Virus record (IMG/VR): IMGVR_UViG_3300017565_000003
Length of the DNA: 64,000 nt
Direction: 5' to 3' (one strand)
Source: a virus
The translations under genes were made by a program, and so were the position numbers. The number at the start of each line of letters is the position of its first letter. The stretch's first letter is position 1. A model generated the notes under the pieces. It saw only the letters and a list, made by a program, of their open reading frames with translations. It did not search any database and had not been told where the DNA came from. Of this stretch, positions 1-10,829 are shown in pieces.

Positions 1-1
1 T

Positions 2-628
2 AAAAAGAATGGGAATGCTAAAAGAAATAGTATTATCACAGGTATCTGCTTTGTATTATTCGTAATTGGATTATCTTTACCAAGTCCAGCACCAGTAGAA
101 GAGGTATCAGCCGAACCAGAACAGGCAGAAAAAGTTGAAAATGAAGTTGCGGAAGAAGAAGTAGAAGAACCGACTCAAGAAGAAATTGATGCAGAAGAGC
201 AAGCCAAGAAGGAACAAGAAGAACAGGCTAAAAAGGAAGCAGAGGAACAAGCGAAACTAGAAGCTGAACAGAAAGCAAAAGAGGAAGCCGAAGCTAAGAA
301 AAAAGCAGAAGAAGAAAAAGCTAAAGAAGAACCAGAATTATCTGCCTCACAACAAAATGCTATTCGTCAAGCTGAAAACTATATTTCAATAATGGCATTC
401 TCAAAAACTGGATTGATTAAACAATTGGGATTTGAAGGATACACAACAGAAGAATCAACTTTTGCAGTTGAAAACATTGAAGTTGATTGGAGAGAGCAGG
501 CGGTAAAACATGCCGAGAACTATAATGATACAATGCCTATGTCAAGACAAGGTTTAATTGACCAACTAATGTTTGAAGGTCATTTAGAAAGCGATGCAAC
601 TTATGCCGTTGATCAGCTAGGACTATAA
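2..628 (+). CDS. Ltp-family surface protein (putative superinfection exclusion), 5' partial
   Basis: Frame open from nt 2: hydrophobic segment (IITGICFVLFVIGLSL), E/K/A-rich stalk, two Ltp-type repeats (NAIRQAENY..MAFSKTGLIKQL.FEG and QAVKHAENY..MSRQGLIDQL.FEG). Confidence 0.8.
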   Translation, partial: KKNGNAKRNSIITGICFVLFVIGLSLPSPAPVEEVSAEPEQAEKVENEVAEEEVEEPTQEEIDAEEQAKKEQEEQAKKEAEEQAKLEAEQKAKEEAEAKKKAEEEKAKEEPELSASQQNAIRQAENYISIMAFSKTGLIKQLGFEGYTTEESTFAVENIEVDWREQAVKHAENYNDTMPMSRQGLIDQLMFEGHLESDATYAVDQLGL

Positions 629-639
629 TTAACAATTCA

Positions 640-672
640 AAGGTGTAGTAAGTGCATCTTATTACACCTTAT
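640..672 (+). terminator. Stem-loop after the ltp-like gene
   Basis: AAGGTGTAGTAAG...CTTATTACACCTT inverted repeat. Confidence 0.55.
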
Positions 673-854
673 TTAAAACAATTTGGAGGAACTGACACAT
701 GTATTTATTGAAATGGACTGATGACAAGGGAACACCGAGAAGTTTTGTTGCAGAGGGTTATATAGAACGACTGGTCATTGAGGAAAAGTTAGATGAATTT
801 AAGTATGTTTATACTGTAGATGTTTTATAGATAAATTTAAATAGGAGATGATTA

Positions 855-1175
855 TTGATGAGTTTGCTAAGTAAGAAACAGTCAATTGGATATATCCTTA
901 GATCATTTTCCGAAACAGATTTCCTAACAGTTAAAGATTTCTTAGAAGCAATTTACATTACACTATACGTACATGCGGATATTGATGAATTAACTATTGA
1001 TGATACGCTTGAATTAATGGATAGGATCACATTAGAGATGAGTTTAAGTATGAATGAACATATCCAGGTTAAAACTTATCTAGAGAGGAATTTAGTTAAC
1101 TACACTTATTATCAAGCTGAGAAGTTTTATGATGAATTTGTTACAGATGAGATTCTGAGGAAGTTTTATAAATAA
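855..1175 (+). CDS. Hypothetical phage protein
   Basis: 106 aa ORF with AGGAG RBS. Confidence 0.6.
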   Translation: MMSLLSKKQSIGYILRSFSETDFLTVKDFLEAIYITLYVHADIDELTIDDTLELMDRITLEMSLSMNEHIQVKTYLERNLVNYTYYQAEKFYDEFVTDEILRKFYK

Positions 1176-1254
1176 ATTTAATTATTATATGTACAAATAA
1201 AATTAATAGTGGTAAAATATAGATAAGTAATCAGGGGAGGAGTAAATTAACAGC

Positions 1255-1698
1255 ATGAAAAATAATTTGTTAACAGTCAGAGAATTAGCTGAAGTAATTG
1301 GGTGCGATAATAATACAATTTACTCCTATACACTTAAAGGACTTCGTTACAAAGAAGTGTTTGTAAAAGGTGAACAGAATACAACTAATAGAAGTATTAA
1401 GATGTTTAGCAAAAGGAAGTCCTTAGAGTGGATAAGGGCTAATGCTAGATCCAAGTATTCTAACATAGCAGATGAAATAATTAATACTACATACAATAAA
1501 GCAGAATATGAAAAAGCAACAGGAATTAAGAAGGCTGCTAAGGACTTGGGATTAAAATTAAGTGATATTGCAATTATGTTAGGAGTAAGTAAGTCAGCTA
1601 TTTCAAAGTGGATAGCAGGAGATAGGCCAATACCGGAAAATAGATTAGAAATGTTGATGGATATTTTGAAGAGTGATAAAGATGAATTATATAGTTGA
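1255..1698 (+). CDS. Dual helix-turn-helix regulator (N-terminal excisionase/MerR-like HTH, C-terminal Cro/C1 HTH)
   Basis: LLTVRELAEVIGCDNNTIYSY and LSDIAIMLGVSKSAISKWIAGDRPIP motifs; GGAGG RBS. Confidence 0.75.
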   Translation: MKNNLLTVRELAEVIGCDNNTIYSYTLKGLRYKEVFVKGEQNTTNRSIKMFSKRKSLEWIRANARSKYSNIADEIINTTYNKAEYEKATGIKKAAKDLGLKLSDIAIMLGVSKSAISKWIAGDRPIPENRLEMLMDILKSDKDELYS

Positions 1699-1936
1699 GG
1701 AGGAAAATAAATAAAGAAATATATAATATGGGAAAATGCGAACGGAAGCACTAGTAGTCCAGAGCATACGCATTATGAGTATGAATTAGGAGAAGTAATT
1801 AAGGTTAATAGTAGTGATTTGTATAAGTGTAAAAGGAAAGAATCTAAAGATGGTAATTTATATCAATACTTTAAACAAGGTATAGTAACTTATAATTATG
1901 ATTATTAAATCTAAATATATAATATCTTTCTTATTA

Positions 1937-2029
1937 AATAACCTTCTAGGGAGAGCGTTGTGTACTCTCTGTGTGTTTGCTTGACTACATAGTAGGGATT
2001 GCAGTCCCTGCTTTGCCTAGAGGGTTATT
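1937..2029 (+). ncRNA. Candidate structured RNA (multibranch)
   Basis: 14-bp closing stem 1937-1950/2016-2029 enclosing two hairpins; mismatches become G-U pairs on the + strand. Confidence 0.45.
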
Positions 2030-2086
2030 AAAATGAAAGAATTTAACACTAAATAAATATTATATTTTAAACAAAGGAGAGCAGAA

Positions 2087-2269
2087 ATGAATAATACAGG
2101 ACTTAAAGATAAAAACGGCAATGAAATTTACATCGGATCAAAAGTAATGCTTCAAGGTAATGAATATGACGTTATTATCAACGATTTCAACAAGAGAATT
2201 GCAGTTGATAGTGAATTAGGTCAAGGATGGTTGATTGATGTTCATAATGAGTGTGAATTAATTCAATAA
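2087..2269 (+). CDS. Short YopX-like protein
   Basis: TGLKDKNGNEIYIG motif. Confidence 0.65.
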   Translation: MNNTGLKDKNGNEIYIGSKVMLQGNEYDVIINDFNKRIAVDSELGQGWLIDVHNECELIQ

Positions 2270-2299
2270 AATGCACGTTAGATTCAGAATTTAAGGAGG

Positions 2300-5200
2300 A
2301 TGCAAATCATGTATTTAATATTTGATAAGAAAGATAAGGAAGTTATTGTAACAAAGGATTATGAAGTTTACCAAAACCAATTGGAGTCACTAGGATCTCA
2401 CTCAGACTGTAATTATTTTCACATGATGTCTGTTAACAAAGATGAATTAAATGAGTTTACAACAAAAACAAAATTTAAATCCTATGTAAAAGTATATTTA
2501 TAAACTATATACAAAATGAAAGGAAAAAACATATGAGTAATTTAATTAAAAAAGAAAAGCTACTGTTGGAAATATTGAGTGATATTGTAGATATAATGGA
2601 TTCTGATGTGGGAGATAAAGATTATATTCGTACTAAAATCGAAGAATTAAAAGAACAATTAGAATACGCATCAATATAAAATCTAGGATTTAAACAGTTA
2701 ACAAATCACAACAAATCATAAAATAATCTGTAATTTTGCAACTTAACCAGGCACTATCCCATGTAATCATCATAGTATACAGTATCAAGAACAAAGGGAG
2801 TTGCTTAAAGATGAATTTAACACTTAAATATGATTGTGAAATTACAGAATATATGGTTATTCCAGAGGGAACTGAAGTCAAACTATATGGGGATTGGAAC
2901 GAATACGATGGATTTACGGCCATTGAATACCAAGGTGAAGTCTATTACTTAAATGATCAATATTTTGTAGAAGTTCCGGTTGCTGCTTTGTGATAAACTG
3001 TAAATAATAATCATTTTAACTTGAATACAAGGAGGAAATTAAAATGGACTTAAAAATGAAGAATGATCTTATTGACGAAATTAGATTTTCTATACCTAGT
3101 AAAAGAATGCTGGAGGTAACTAATAATCTTGCGGTTAGAAATCCAAATAATGATGAATTAATTTATTTAAAACAACGACCTAATTTCGAAGATACTCCTT
3201 TGTCAGAGTATATTGAGTATAATGAACATCATGATATGTATTATGAATATGAAGAATTGTTAACTAAGTCTGTAATAATTGATAAATCATTACTTAGACC
3301 AAGAGGAAGAGAAGCTTTGGAAAAGTTAAAATAAAATAAAAGAAATGATTTATCTAGAATAGGGGAATTGAGAAAATGTTTTTTATTATATTAAATACCC
3401 TGTTAATTCTTTTCGCTGTGTATTTAATAGTTGAAGTAATAACAGGTAATCCTAAAGACTATTTTTATTATGATAAGGAAACTGGTGAGATCAAAGAAAA
3501 GAAAAAGAAGGTGTTGACTACTGTTTTACCATATTTAGTCTTTGTTGCCTTCTTCTCGCTTATTGTCCAGGGAGTATTTTAAATTAGTTTTAAAGGAGAT
3601 GATTTAATTGACTAATTTTGAATTATGCAATCAGGAAGAAGCAACACATGTCAGAATTACTAATAAGTCAGATGCCAAACTAGTAGATGTAACCTTCGGA
3701 GAAGTCTATGAGTATAAATTTGATGACTCGGAAGATGAGATGACACATTTCCTTGAGAATGATAAAGGTGAATTACTATATGATTTTGAGGTAATTTTAA
3801 GTTGTGAATACTTGAAAGAGATTAATTAAAATACTAAGGAGTATCCAACATGAAAGAACTAGATGAACGACAAAAAGCATTTATTGATCTTTGGAAAAGT
3901 GGACACAGATTTCTAACAGAAGAAGATATGAAAAATAGAAATCATGGAATGTACAAAGAAGAAGCTGGATTTTATGAGGGAATGACAATTGAAGGAATGA
4001 AGTATCTAGCTAGAAAAGGTGATCTGACTGTAGAAGGTTTGAAATTCACTGAGGAAGAATTAGAAATATTCTTTAGTGTTATAAAATTCATGAGACAGTT
4101 TAAATAAAAGTCTGATTTTATACCAAAATAAATCAATATATAGTGTGTGTTTTGATTAAACAACACTATATGTAGTGTGTTATTTGAATGGGAGGTATAT
4201 ATTTATGAAAATTAATATAATTGAAGGCAAACATACAGATGAAAACATACAAAAATCGTATCAATATATAGTAAATCTATTTAGAAAAGAACAGATTGGT
4301 AAGGAAAGTCAGCCTAAAACCTAATTTTATACTTTTGAATGATTTTTAACCAGGTGTTATATTATCCTCAAACAAATAAAGGAGTGATTACTATCAACGC
4401 AAATATACCGTTCATTCTGTTTTATGAATTAGAAAAAGATGACTTAAACAATATAGTCAACCTATCTAACAATTTAATTATGTTTGATAGACAGTTAAAA
4501 GAAATAGAAGATAAATACTTCTTAGATTTGCGTAATATGAGTTACTGTGAAGTTGTAGAATTTATTGAAGTTCTGGATCAAAAATTGTTTGAATTAATTG
4601 AATCAAAGAGTGCGTAAGCTGCACTCATACATAATATAAATAAACTTAATGTAAGGGTGGTATAAAAAATGGAATTAGCGAGAGTTGAAACAGCGTTTTA
4701 TAAAACATTTAAAGAAAAAGAACACCTTATCCAGCAATTGAAACGTAAATACGATGAAGTTAAACTAACTTTCTTAGAAAATATGATCATTTATCAATAC
4801 TATGAAAAGGCTGAACACGAGTAAATATAAGTAATTTTAATCGAATTATGTACAAGGCACGAGCTTTAAGAAAAAATGTAGAATCTTAGGCTTATTTGAA
4901 TATGGATTTTTATAAATAAATTTAATATAAACTATTGTATTTTTGTTGGTTGTTGTATATAATAAGTTTGTAAGGTAAAAACAACCAACGGAGGAAACAA
5001 TTATGGAATTAAAAAAGGTGGTGGGTACAAATGTAACCCATATAGCAGAGGCAAGATACAGAAACTTTACTGGAACTAACTTAGCTATCGATGAATCATA
5101 CATAGCAAAACCAGCAGCCAAAAAGAAAACTCCAGAGGATATTCGTAAAGGTATGATTTCTGGCTATATGAAGATGTTAAGTAACTTTAATTGATAAATA

Positions 5201-5552
5201 AACTATTCATTAATAATTAGGTGGTGTAATTATGTTACCGGATATCATTGATTATCTTGAATTGGATCAGATGTCAGAAGATGAACTGTATAGCATGAAG
5301 AAAGAACATAAGATGAGAACATTAGACAGTTTAAAGAAAGTTATTTATAACAACATACATAGATTTGAATTAGCTCAGATTGAGGAATATAGAGATTATT
5401 TATTGCAGCAGGTAGATGAAGAAATAAATGAGATTGATTTCTATAGTGTACATACTAGTTATACATACGCAGAGCAACAATATAAAGAGTTTTTAAATGA
5501 TTATAAAAGTAAACTTAACTATTTATTTAATGAGTTTTTGTGTTATAGTTAA
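2300..5552 (+). other. Array of small hypothetical phage ORFs (2300-2503, ~2808-2993, 3044-3334, 3376-3582, 3608-3829, 3850-4107, 4205-4324, ~4393-4617, 4669-4824, 5003-5194, 5232-5552)
   Basis: Co-oriented ORFs each with a purine-rich RBS; no recognisable family. Confidence 0.65.
4131..4178. promoter_or_regulatory. Tandem NrdR-box-like sites
   Basis: CAATATATAG (4134) and CTATATGTAG (4166), 32 bp apart, matching the acaCwAtATaTwGtgt consensus. Confidence 0.65.
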
Positions 5553-5788
5553 TTGAAATAGAAAAGGAGTGAAATCTTGGTGAAATTCTTAAAGAGTTTA
5601 TTTAAAAGAAAAAAGAAAAGAGAAAATGAACCATCATTCGAGCAATTCCAAAAACTCGAAGGTGGTTACCTGTATAAAACTTCTGACGGAGACTGCATGT
5701 TATTTAAGAGTAATGATAAGTCGTAGTTTAAAGGAATTCAATATGAAATTAGGATTTCATTTAAATAAATTTAATAGGAGGAATAAAG

Positions 5789-6241
5789 TTGATTAAAATT
5801 ATTGAAGGAGATATTTTAAAAGCAAGTGAAAATATAATTGGGCATCAGGTAAATTGTCAGGGAGTAATGGGAGCCGGACTAGCTAAACAATTAAGAGATA
5901 ATAGTAAAGTGCTCTATAATAACTACCGATCTCTATGCAATAGAGCTAATCCATATGACTTATTGGGTACTGTTCAGATAGTCTGTGTTGCAAAAGATAA
6001 GTATGTAGCTAATATTTTCGGACAATTAAACTATGGTAGGCAGAAGCTAAGATATACGGATTATGATGAATTACGAAAGGCATTGGAGGATCTAAAGAGG
6101 ATAGCAATTAAGGAAGAATTGTCAGTTGCTCTACCTTATGGAATCGGTTGTGGTTTAGCTGGAGGAGATTGGGACGTTGTAAGCTCAATAATCAAGGAAG
6201 TATTTAGTAACTTTGATATAACGTTATATAAGTTTAATTAA
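5789..6241 (+). CDS. Macro domain (ADP-ribose binding/hydrolase) protein
   Basis: GDIL, HQVNCQGVMGAGLA, ALPYGIGCGLAGGDW motifs. Confidence 0.9.
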   Translation: MIKIIEGDILKASENIIGHQVNCQGVMGAGLAKQLRDNSKVLYNNYRSLCNRANPYDLLGTVQIVCVAKDKYVANIFGQLNYGRQKLRYTDYDELRKALEDLKRIAIKEELSVALPYGIGCGLAGGDWDVVSSIIKEVFSNFDITLYKFN

Positions 6242-6276
6242 AACAGAAATTGTATCCAGAAAGGAGTCTATAACAG

Positions 6277-8156
6277 TTGCAAGTAAATGATACGGTTTAT
6301 TACTGGAAAGATAACTTACTTGAAGAGGCCTCTATATTTATGTTTGGTGGAGATAATCAAGTTTTACTAGATAACTATGGAGAATGGGTATTAAAGTACA
6401 GATATGAAATAATACACATAACAAAAATGACTGATAAAGAATGGAAGTATGTAAATTTGTAAGAAATGAATCTGTTCTTTGGAAAATGATTAAAGAAGGG
6501 ATGTGAATTTAAGTAGGTAAATTTGAAAAAGGTCAATTAGTTTATAGTGGTCATACAGGAGATAGATTATATAAAGTAATAGGATATAATGCAGGCGGTG
6601 GTATAATTTTAGTACCGATGGATGTTGAGGATAAATTTGAAAATCGCATAATTCTTGGTGTTGACTGTTGGATTTATGCAAAAGAGGTGAAATAAATCAT
6701 GGAGAATATAGACCAATTTAGAAAAAGAGTAAATAATCCTAGATTAGTTGAAAGTGGAACTATACGAAATAATTTTAATTACTTGCTAGATGAGATTGAA
6801 AAACTCGAAGAAATTAAAATGAAAAATATTGAAGTTATTACAGATTATGTAATAGAGAATCAAATATTACTAGAGCAGAATAAAGGACTATTTAATTTAA
6901 ACCAAAGACAAGCAGAACGAACTGGTACTCTGTTACAAGCTATTAAACAAACTATAGAGCATTTGGAACATCCTAATAAAGAAGAAAGCATCGATGAGTT
7001 AAAAGACGGTTTAGTAGGTTATTTAAATGGTGTATTAGAAGGGAATTGGTGAAAAAATGAGAAAACAAATAAACTATACATTTGATGAACAGGATTACAA
7101 AGAAATGAGAAAACTTATTGAAAATGTTAAGGATTATTTTAATAATGAAAATGACTACAGAGATGCAAAGTTTTCAATCAATCGAATTTCCAAGATTTTT
7201 AATCAAAGATCCTTTGACTTATACAGACCCGTTTTAAAAGAAATAATTAAAGTTTATGAATACGGTCAAGAAGACAATGAAGGAGAAATAATGATAGAAA
7301 TTGAAGATACCTGCGATTTAATGTATGAGATTGCAAAGAAGGGATTGAATGAATATGAAGTGTAATGAGTGACTGCTTAGACTACATAAAGGATGGGAGG
7401 AGTGACGAAATGACAGTGCAGGAATTAATCGATGAGCTAATTAAAATTGATGACAAAACACAAGAGGTTGTTATCAATGATCATTTTACAGTGAGTGAAG
7501 TTGTAAACTTTGAAAGTGCTAGAGTGTTTATACTTTAAAAATGGAGTGATAAAATGAATAAATTAAAACAAATTAAAAAAGAACGTGAGTTTGTTCCAGA
7601 TTTTATGTATATTCAAAGTTTAGAAGATTACTGCGAAAAACTAGAAGAAAGTTACAATGAATCTTTGAAAACAATTAAGCGTAGAACAAATAAAATGCTT
7701 AACTTTCAAAATCAACTAATTGAGGAAACAGAGGAAAATGAAAGATTAAGAAAAGAAAAAAGACATACGTATGTAACAATTGAAGGAGAACAAAGTGACA
7801 TAGCGAAAGACTTAAAGAAATTCATTATTGAGAATGATAGTCTAAAACAAGATGTTGATCGTTTAAATGAACAAATTAATCAATGTAAATTGAAATTAAA
7901 TGAACACTATGAGAATATGATTAAAATTCATGATGACGAAGTTAGAGATGAAAAAATAGCTCGTAGTTCAGATGGATTTATTGATTCCAGAGTTTATGAA
8001 CATGGGAAATATGTTGCTTGTTGGATTAAACTTGATTTTGAAAAAATGCTCAAAGATATGGAATTAGATATTAGCAATAAACAGAGATCAGACGAACTTG
8101 TTGAAGAAGGTATCAAGATTTATATAGACAATATTAAAAGACAAAAGGGAGAGTGA
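6277..8156 (+). other. Small hypothetical and coiled-coil phage ORFs (6277-6462, 6699-7052, 7057-7365, 7554-8156)
   Basis: ORF track plus RBSs. Confidence 0.6.
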
Positions 8157-8160
8157 TTGT

Positions 8161-8916
8161 TTGATAGAAGTAAATAAAATATATAATGAGGATTGTCTTG
8201 AAGGTATGTTAAATATTGACGATGAGTCGATTGATATGATACTTTGTGACCTTCCTTACGGTGTGACAGCACGTAATAAATGGGATCAAATAATTCCTTT
8301 TGAGCAGTTATGGGAGCAATACAACAGAATTATTAAAGATAATGGTGCAATTGTGCTTACTGCAGTTAAACCTTTTTCAGCAATGTTAATTATGAGTAAT
8401 CCTAAAATGTATAGGTACGATATTATCTGGAGAAAGAATAAAAGCACAGGATTCTTGAATGCTAAGAAAATGCCACTTAGACAACATGAAGAAATATTAG
8501 TTTTTTATAAGAAAACACCTACATATAATCCGCAAAAGACAACTGGACATAAACCAGCGAATAGTTATACTAAACATACAAGTGATGGAACTAATTACGG
8601 TAAGACAAAAACTGGAATCAGTGGTGGAGGTCAAACTGACAGATATCCTACAAGTGTTTTGGATATAAAAGTAATGAACAATGATGATCCAAATAAATTT
8701 CATCCAACACAGAAACCCGTTGAATTATTTGAATGGCTAATAAAAACTTATACGAATGAAGGGGATCTAGTATTAGATAATTGTATGGGAGCAGGTACTA
8801 CTGCTATTGCTGCCAAACGAACGAATAGAAAATGGCTAGGGTTTGAAACTGAACGTGAATATTTTGAACTTGCTAATAAGAGATTAGATAATATAAAAGT
8901 AAACTTATCATTTTAA
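8161..8916 (+). CDS. N6-adenine/N4-cytosine DNA methyltransferase (beta class)
   Basis: DLPYG catalytic motif N-terminal, HPTQKP, VLDNCMGAGTT SAM-binding motif. Confidence 0.9.
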   Translation: MIEVNKIYNEDCLEGMLNIDDESIDMILCDLPYGVTARNKWDQIIPFEQLWEQYNRIIKDNGAIVLTAVKPFSAMLIMSNPKMYRYDIIWRKNKSTGFLNAKKMPLRQHEEILVFYKKTPTYNPQKTTGHKPANSYTKHTSDGTNYGKTKTGISGGGQTDRYPTSVLDIKVMNNDDPNKFHPTQKPVELFEWLIKTYTNEGDLVLDNCMGAGTTAIAAKRTNRKWLGFETEREYFELANKRLDNIKVNLSF

Positions 8917-8918
8917 CA

Positions 8919-8966
8919 TAATACATATAGTGTTATTTAACATTACTTACATACTACATATAGATT
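8919..8966. promoter_or_regulatory. Tandem NrdR-box-like sites
   Basis: ATACATATAG (8921) and CTACATATAG (8954). Confidence 0.5.
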
Positions 8967-9018
8967 TAATTTAATATAAAATGGAATTTTTATTTGAAAT
9001 ACATAGCAGGGGGAAATC

Positions 9019-9291
9019 ATGAGAGATCCAGAAAGAATTGAACGTATAATAAATCTAATTAAGAAGATATGGTCTGATCATCCTGATTACAGATTTAATC
9101 AACTGATACATAACTTATCGTGGGACTATAGTGACAAAAATAAGGACTATGGAAAAGACTATTCTTATAGTAAGTGGGAAACTGAAAAAGGAGTACATTT
9201 CAACAAAGATGTAATTGACGTAGATTTATTCCATTTAGAAGATGACAAGTTTGAAGAATATTTGCAAGACTTTATTATAAATTATAAATAA
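9019..9291 (+). CDS. Conserved phage protein (MRDPxRI..IW..PD.RF.QL type)
   Basis: Recognisable N-terminal motif. Confidence 0.6.
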   Translation: MRDPERIERIINLIKKIWSDHPDYRFNQLIHNLSWDYSDKNKDYGKDYSYSKWETEKGVHFNKDVIDVDLFHLEDDKFEEYLQDFIINYK

Positions 9292-9316
9292 ACTATACAT
9301 AATAGGAGTGATATAA

Positions 9317-9517
9317 ATGTATGTAATTAAAACAGACAAAGGATATATAAAAGGTACAGTTAGAAGTGGATTCTCATTTACTACAATGGCTCATGCAAGA
9401 CAATTTGACCGAATTGAATTATTAGGTAAGTTTGATCCAATTGCAGCAGATTTAAAAGAACATTATGACTGTGGGGAAGTTGAAGCTGAAGAACATGGGA
9501 AAGAGGTGGGAGTGTGA
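9317..9517 (+). CDS. Hypothetical protein
   Basis: AGGAG RBS, 66 aa. Confidence 0.6.
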   Translation: MYVIKTDKGYIKGTVRSGFSFTTMAHARQFDRIELLGKFDPIAADLKEHYDCGEVEAEEHGKEVGV

Positions 9518-9710
9518 TTATAAATTTTACTAAAGAAGAAATAGAAAATCTTGAAAATACTACGATTTTACAACTAGCGATGCAATTAGAAGATGGTTTA
9601 GTGCATTTAGACAATTTAAATCCAGATATGAGTGTCTTAGAATTTATTAAATACTATCTAAATAAATAGAAGATTTCGTTTAGAAAACTATTAAAAAAGG
9701 GGCGTTAATA

Positions 9711-10427
9711 ATGAAGATATTAAAATTAATCAAGCAAAAATACGGTAATTACTTTGTAGTATTTGATGAAATACCGGAAATCACTTACGAAAAAATAGGT
9801 AATAATTATATCGGTTCAGCTATCAATTCAAATGGTGATATAATCGCAAGTCATTTTTTAAAAAGAGAGTCTTTTGGTGATGCGTTTGGAGGTAGAGAAA
9901 TCACATTAAAAATGAAAGATGGAAGTGTAAAAAAGATAAAAGATTATTGGTTTGATCACGGTTCATATAAAGGTCATGGTGAATTTGTGGGTATTGGAGC
10001 AGGAACAATTGAAGAATTACAAAAGTGCTACGTTTATTTCGGTTACAACATTAATAAAAATACCTTCGAAAAAATGATGGATGAATATCTTACATACGAA
10101 AAGTTGTATGATTATAAGGAAGTTGAAGAGTGGTGTAAATTACAACACGAATGGCATGACGTTATCGTTAACGGTAAGAATATCCCGTACATGATGAATA
10201 AATATGGCGAAATGGTTGAAAAAGAATCTAAAAAAAGGGCCTATCCAAGAAGGAACGTATTACGAAGAGTTAAGGGGAGTTTCAAGCAGCAGGTTTATTT
10301 CAGATTTAGTTATAACGAAAACGAAAGACTGATAAAAATTGATGCGAACTATCTTGATACATTAAAAAACACACTACCTTATACAGAAAAAGAAATCGTT
10401 GAAAATTGTAAAATTCCTACTTATTAA
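9711..10427 (+). CDS. Hypothetical protein
   Basis: 238 aa ORF flanked by boundary repeats at 9663 and 10437. Confidence 0.7.
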   Translation: MKILKLIKQKYGNYFVVFDEIPEITYEKIGNNYIGSAINSNGDIIASHFLKRESFGDAFGGREITLKMKDGSVKKIKDYWFDHGSYKGHGEFVGIGAGTIEELQKCYVYFGYNINKNTFEKMMDEYLTYEKLYDYKEVEEWCKLQHEWHDVIVNGKNIPYMMNKYGEMVEKESKKRAYPRRNVLRRVKGSFKQQVYFRFSYNENERLIKIDANYLDTLKNTLPYTEKEIVENCKIPTY

Positions 10428-10473
10428 AAATCTAAATAAAAGTACAATTTTATCTTAAATAAGGTTAATTTAG

Positions 10474-10577
10474 AAAACTAAGCAATATCAAGGGATTCCA
10501 TAAAAACGCCTTAGAAACCTTGTTATATCAACGTTTATCAAGTCTATATTTAAGAAATGGCTTAAAATCAACGAAAA
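10474..10577. repeat. Three 24-bp quasi-palindromes with exact 40-bp period
   Basis: AAAACTAAGCAATATCAAGGGATT (10474), GAAACCTTGTTATATCAACGTTTA (10514), GAAATGGCTTAAAATCAACGAAAA (10554). Confidence 0.7.
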
Positions 10578-10712
10578 TCATAAAAATGACCAAAAATAAT
10601 TAAGATAAAATTCGTATTTTAATTAAAAAGAAGGTCTCTAAAGACCTTAGACGAACTCTCACCTTAGTTTATATTCTGGATATAATATGACAAGAAAGAA
10701 ATTGTGCTGTGT

Positions 10713-10829
10713 TTAGACTAATTTTTGGTTTATTTTTCTCAACATAAAGATTATATAAGCACTAAATGAGCTGGACATAATTAGACTTAAAACTCCTAGG
10801 TAAATTAAAATTCTAAATTGTTTATTCAT
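10713..10829 (-). CDS. 38-aa single-transmembrane peptide, type I toxin-like
   Basis: MNKQFRILIYLGVLSLIMSSSFSAYIIFMLRKINQKLV; AAAGGTGA RBS; hairpin plus U-run at 10625-10648. Confidence 0.55.
   Translation of the reverse strand: MNKQFRILIYLGVLSLIMSSSFSAYIIFMLRKINQKLV

Noticed and set aside
150-330. Tandem DNA repeat
   Set aside because: Low-complexity coding of an E/K/A helical stalk, not a discrete repeat element
1937-2029. Hammerhead ribozyme, tRNA or c-di-GMP riboswitch
   Set aside because: No CUGANGA/GAAA core, no TPsiC or D arm, no GEMM tetraloop-receptor pattern
855-5552. Paralogy between 855-1175 and 5232-5552 (YT..AE..Y.EF)
   Set aside because: Similarity limited to one short stretch; cannot be supported by eye
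10474-10577. CRISPR array
   Set aside because: Repeats are degenerate, spacers only 16 nt, three units, no cas operon; the Cas4-like nuclease belongs to the replication block
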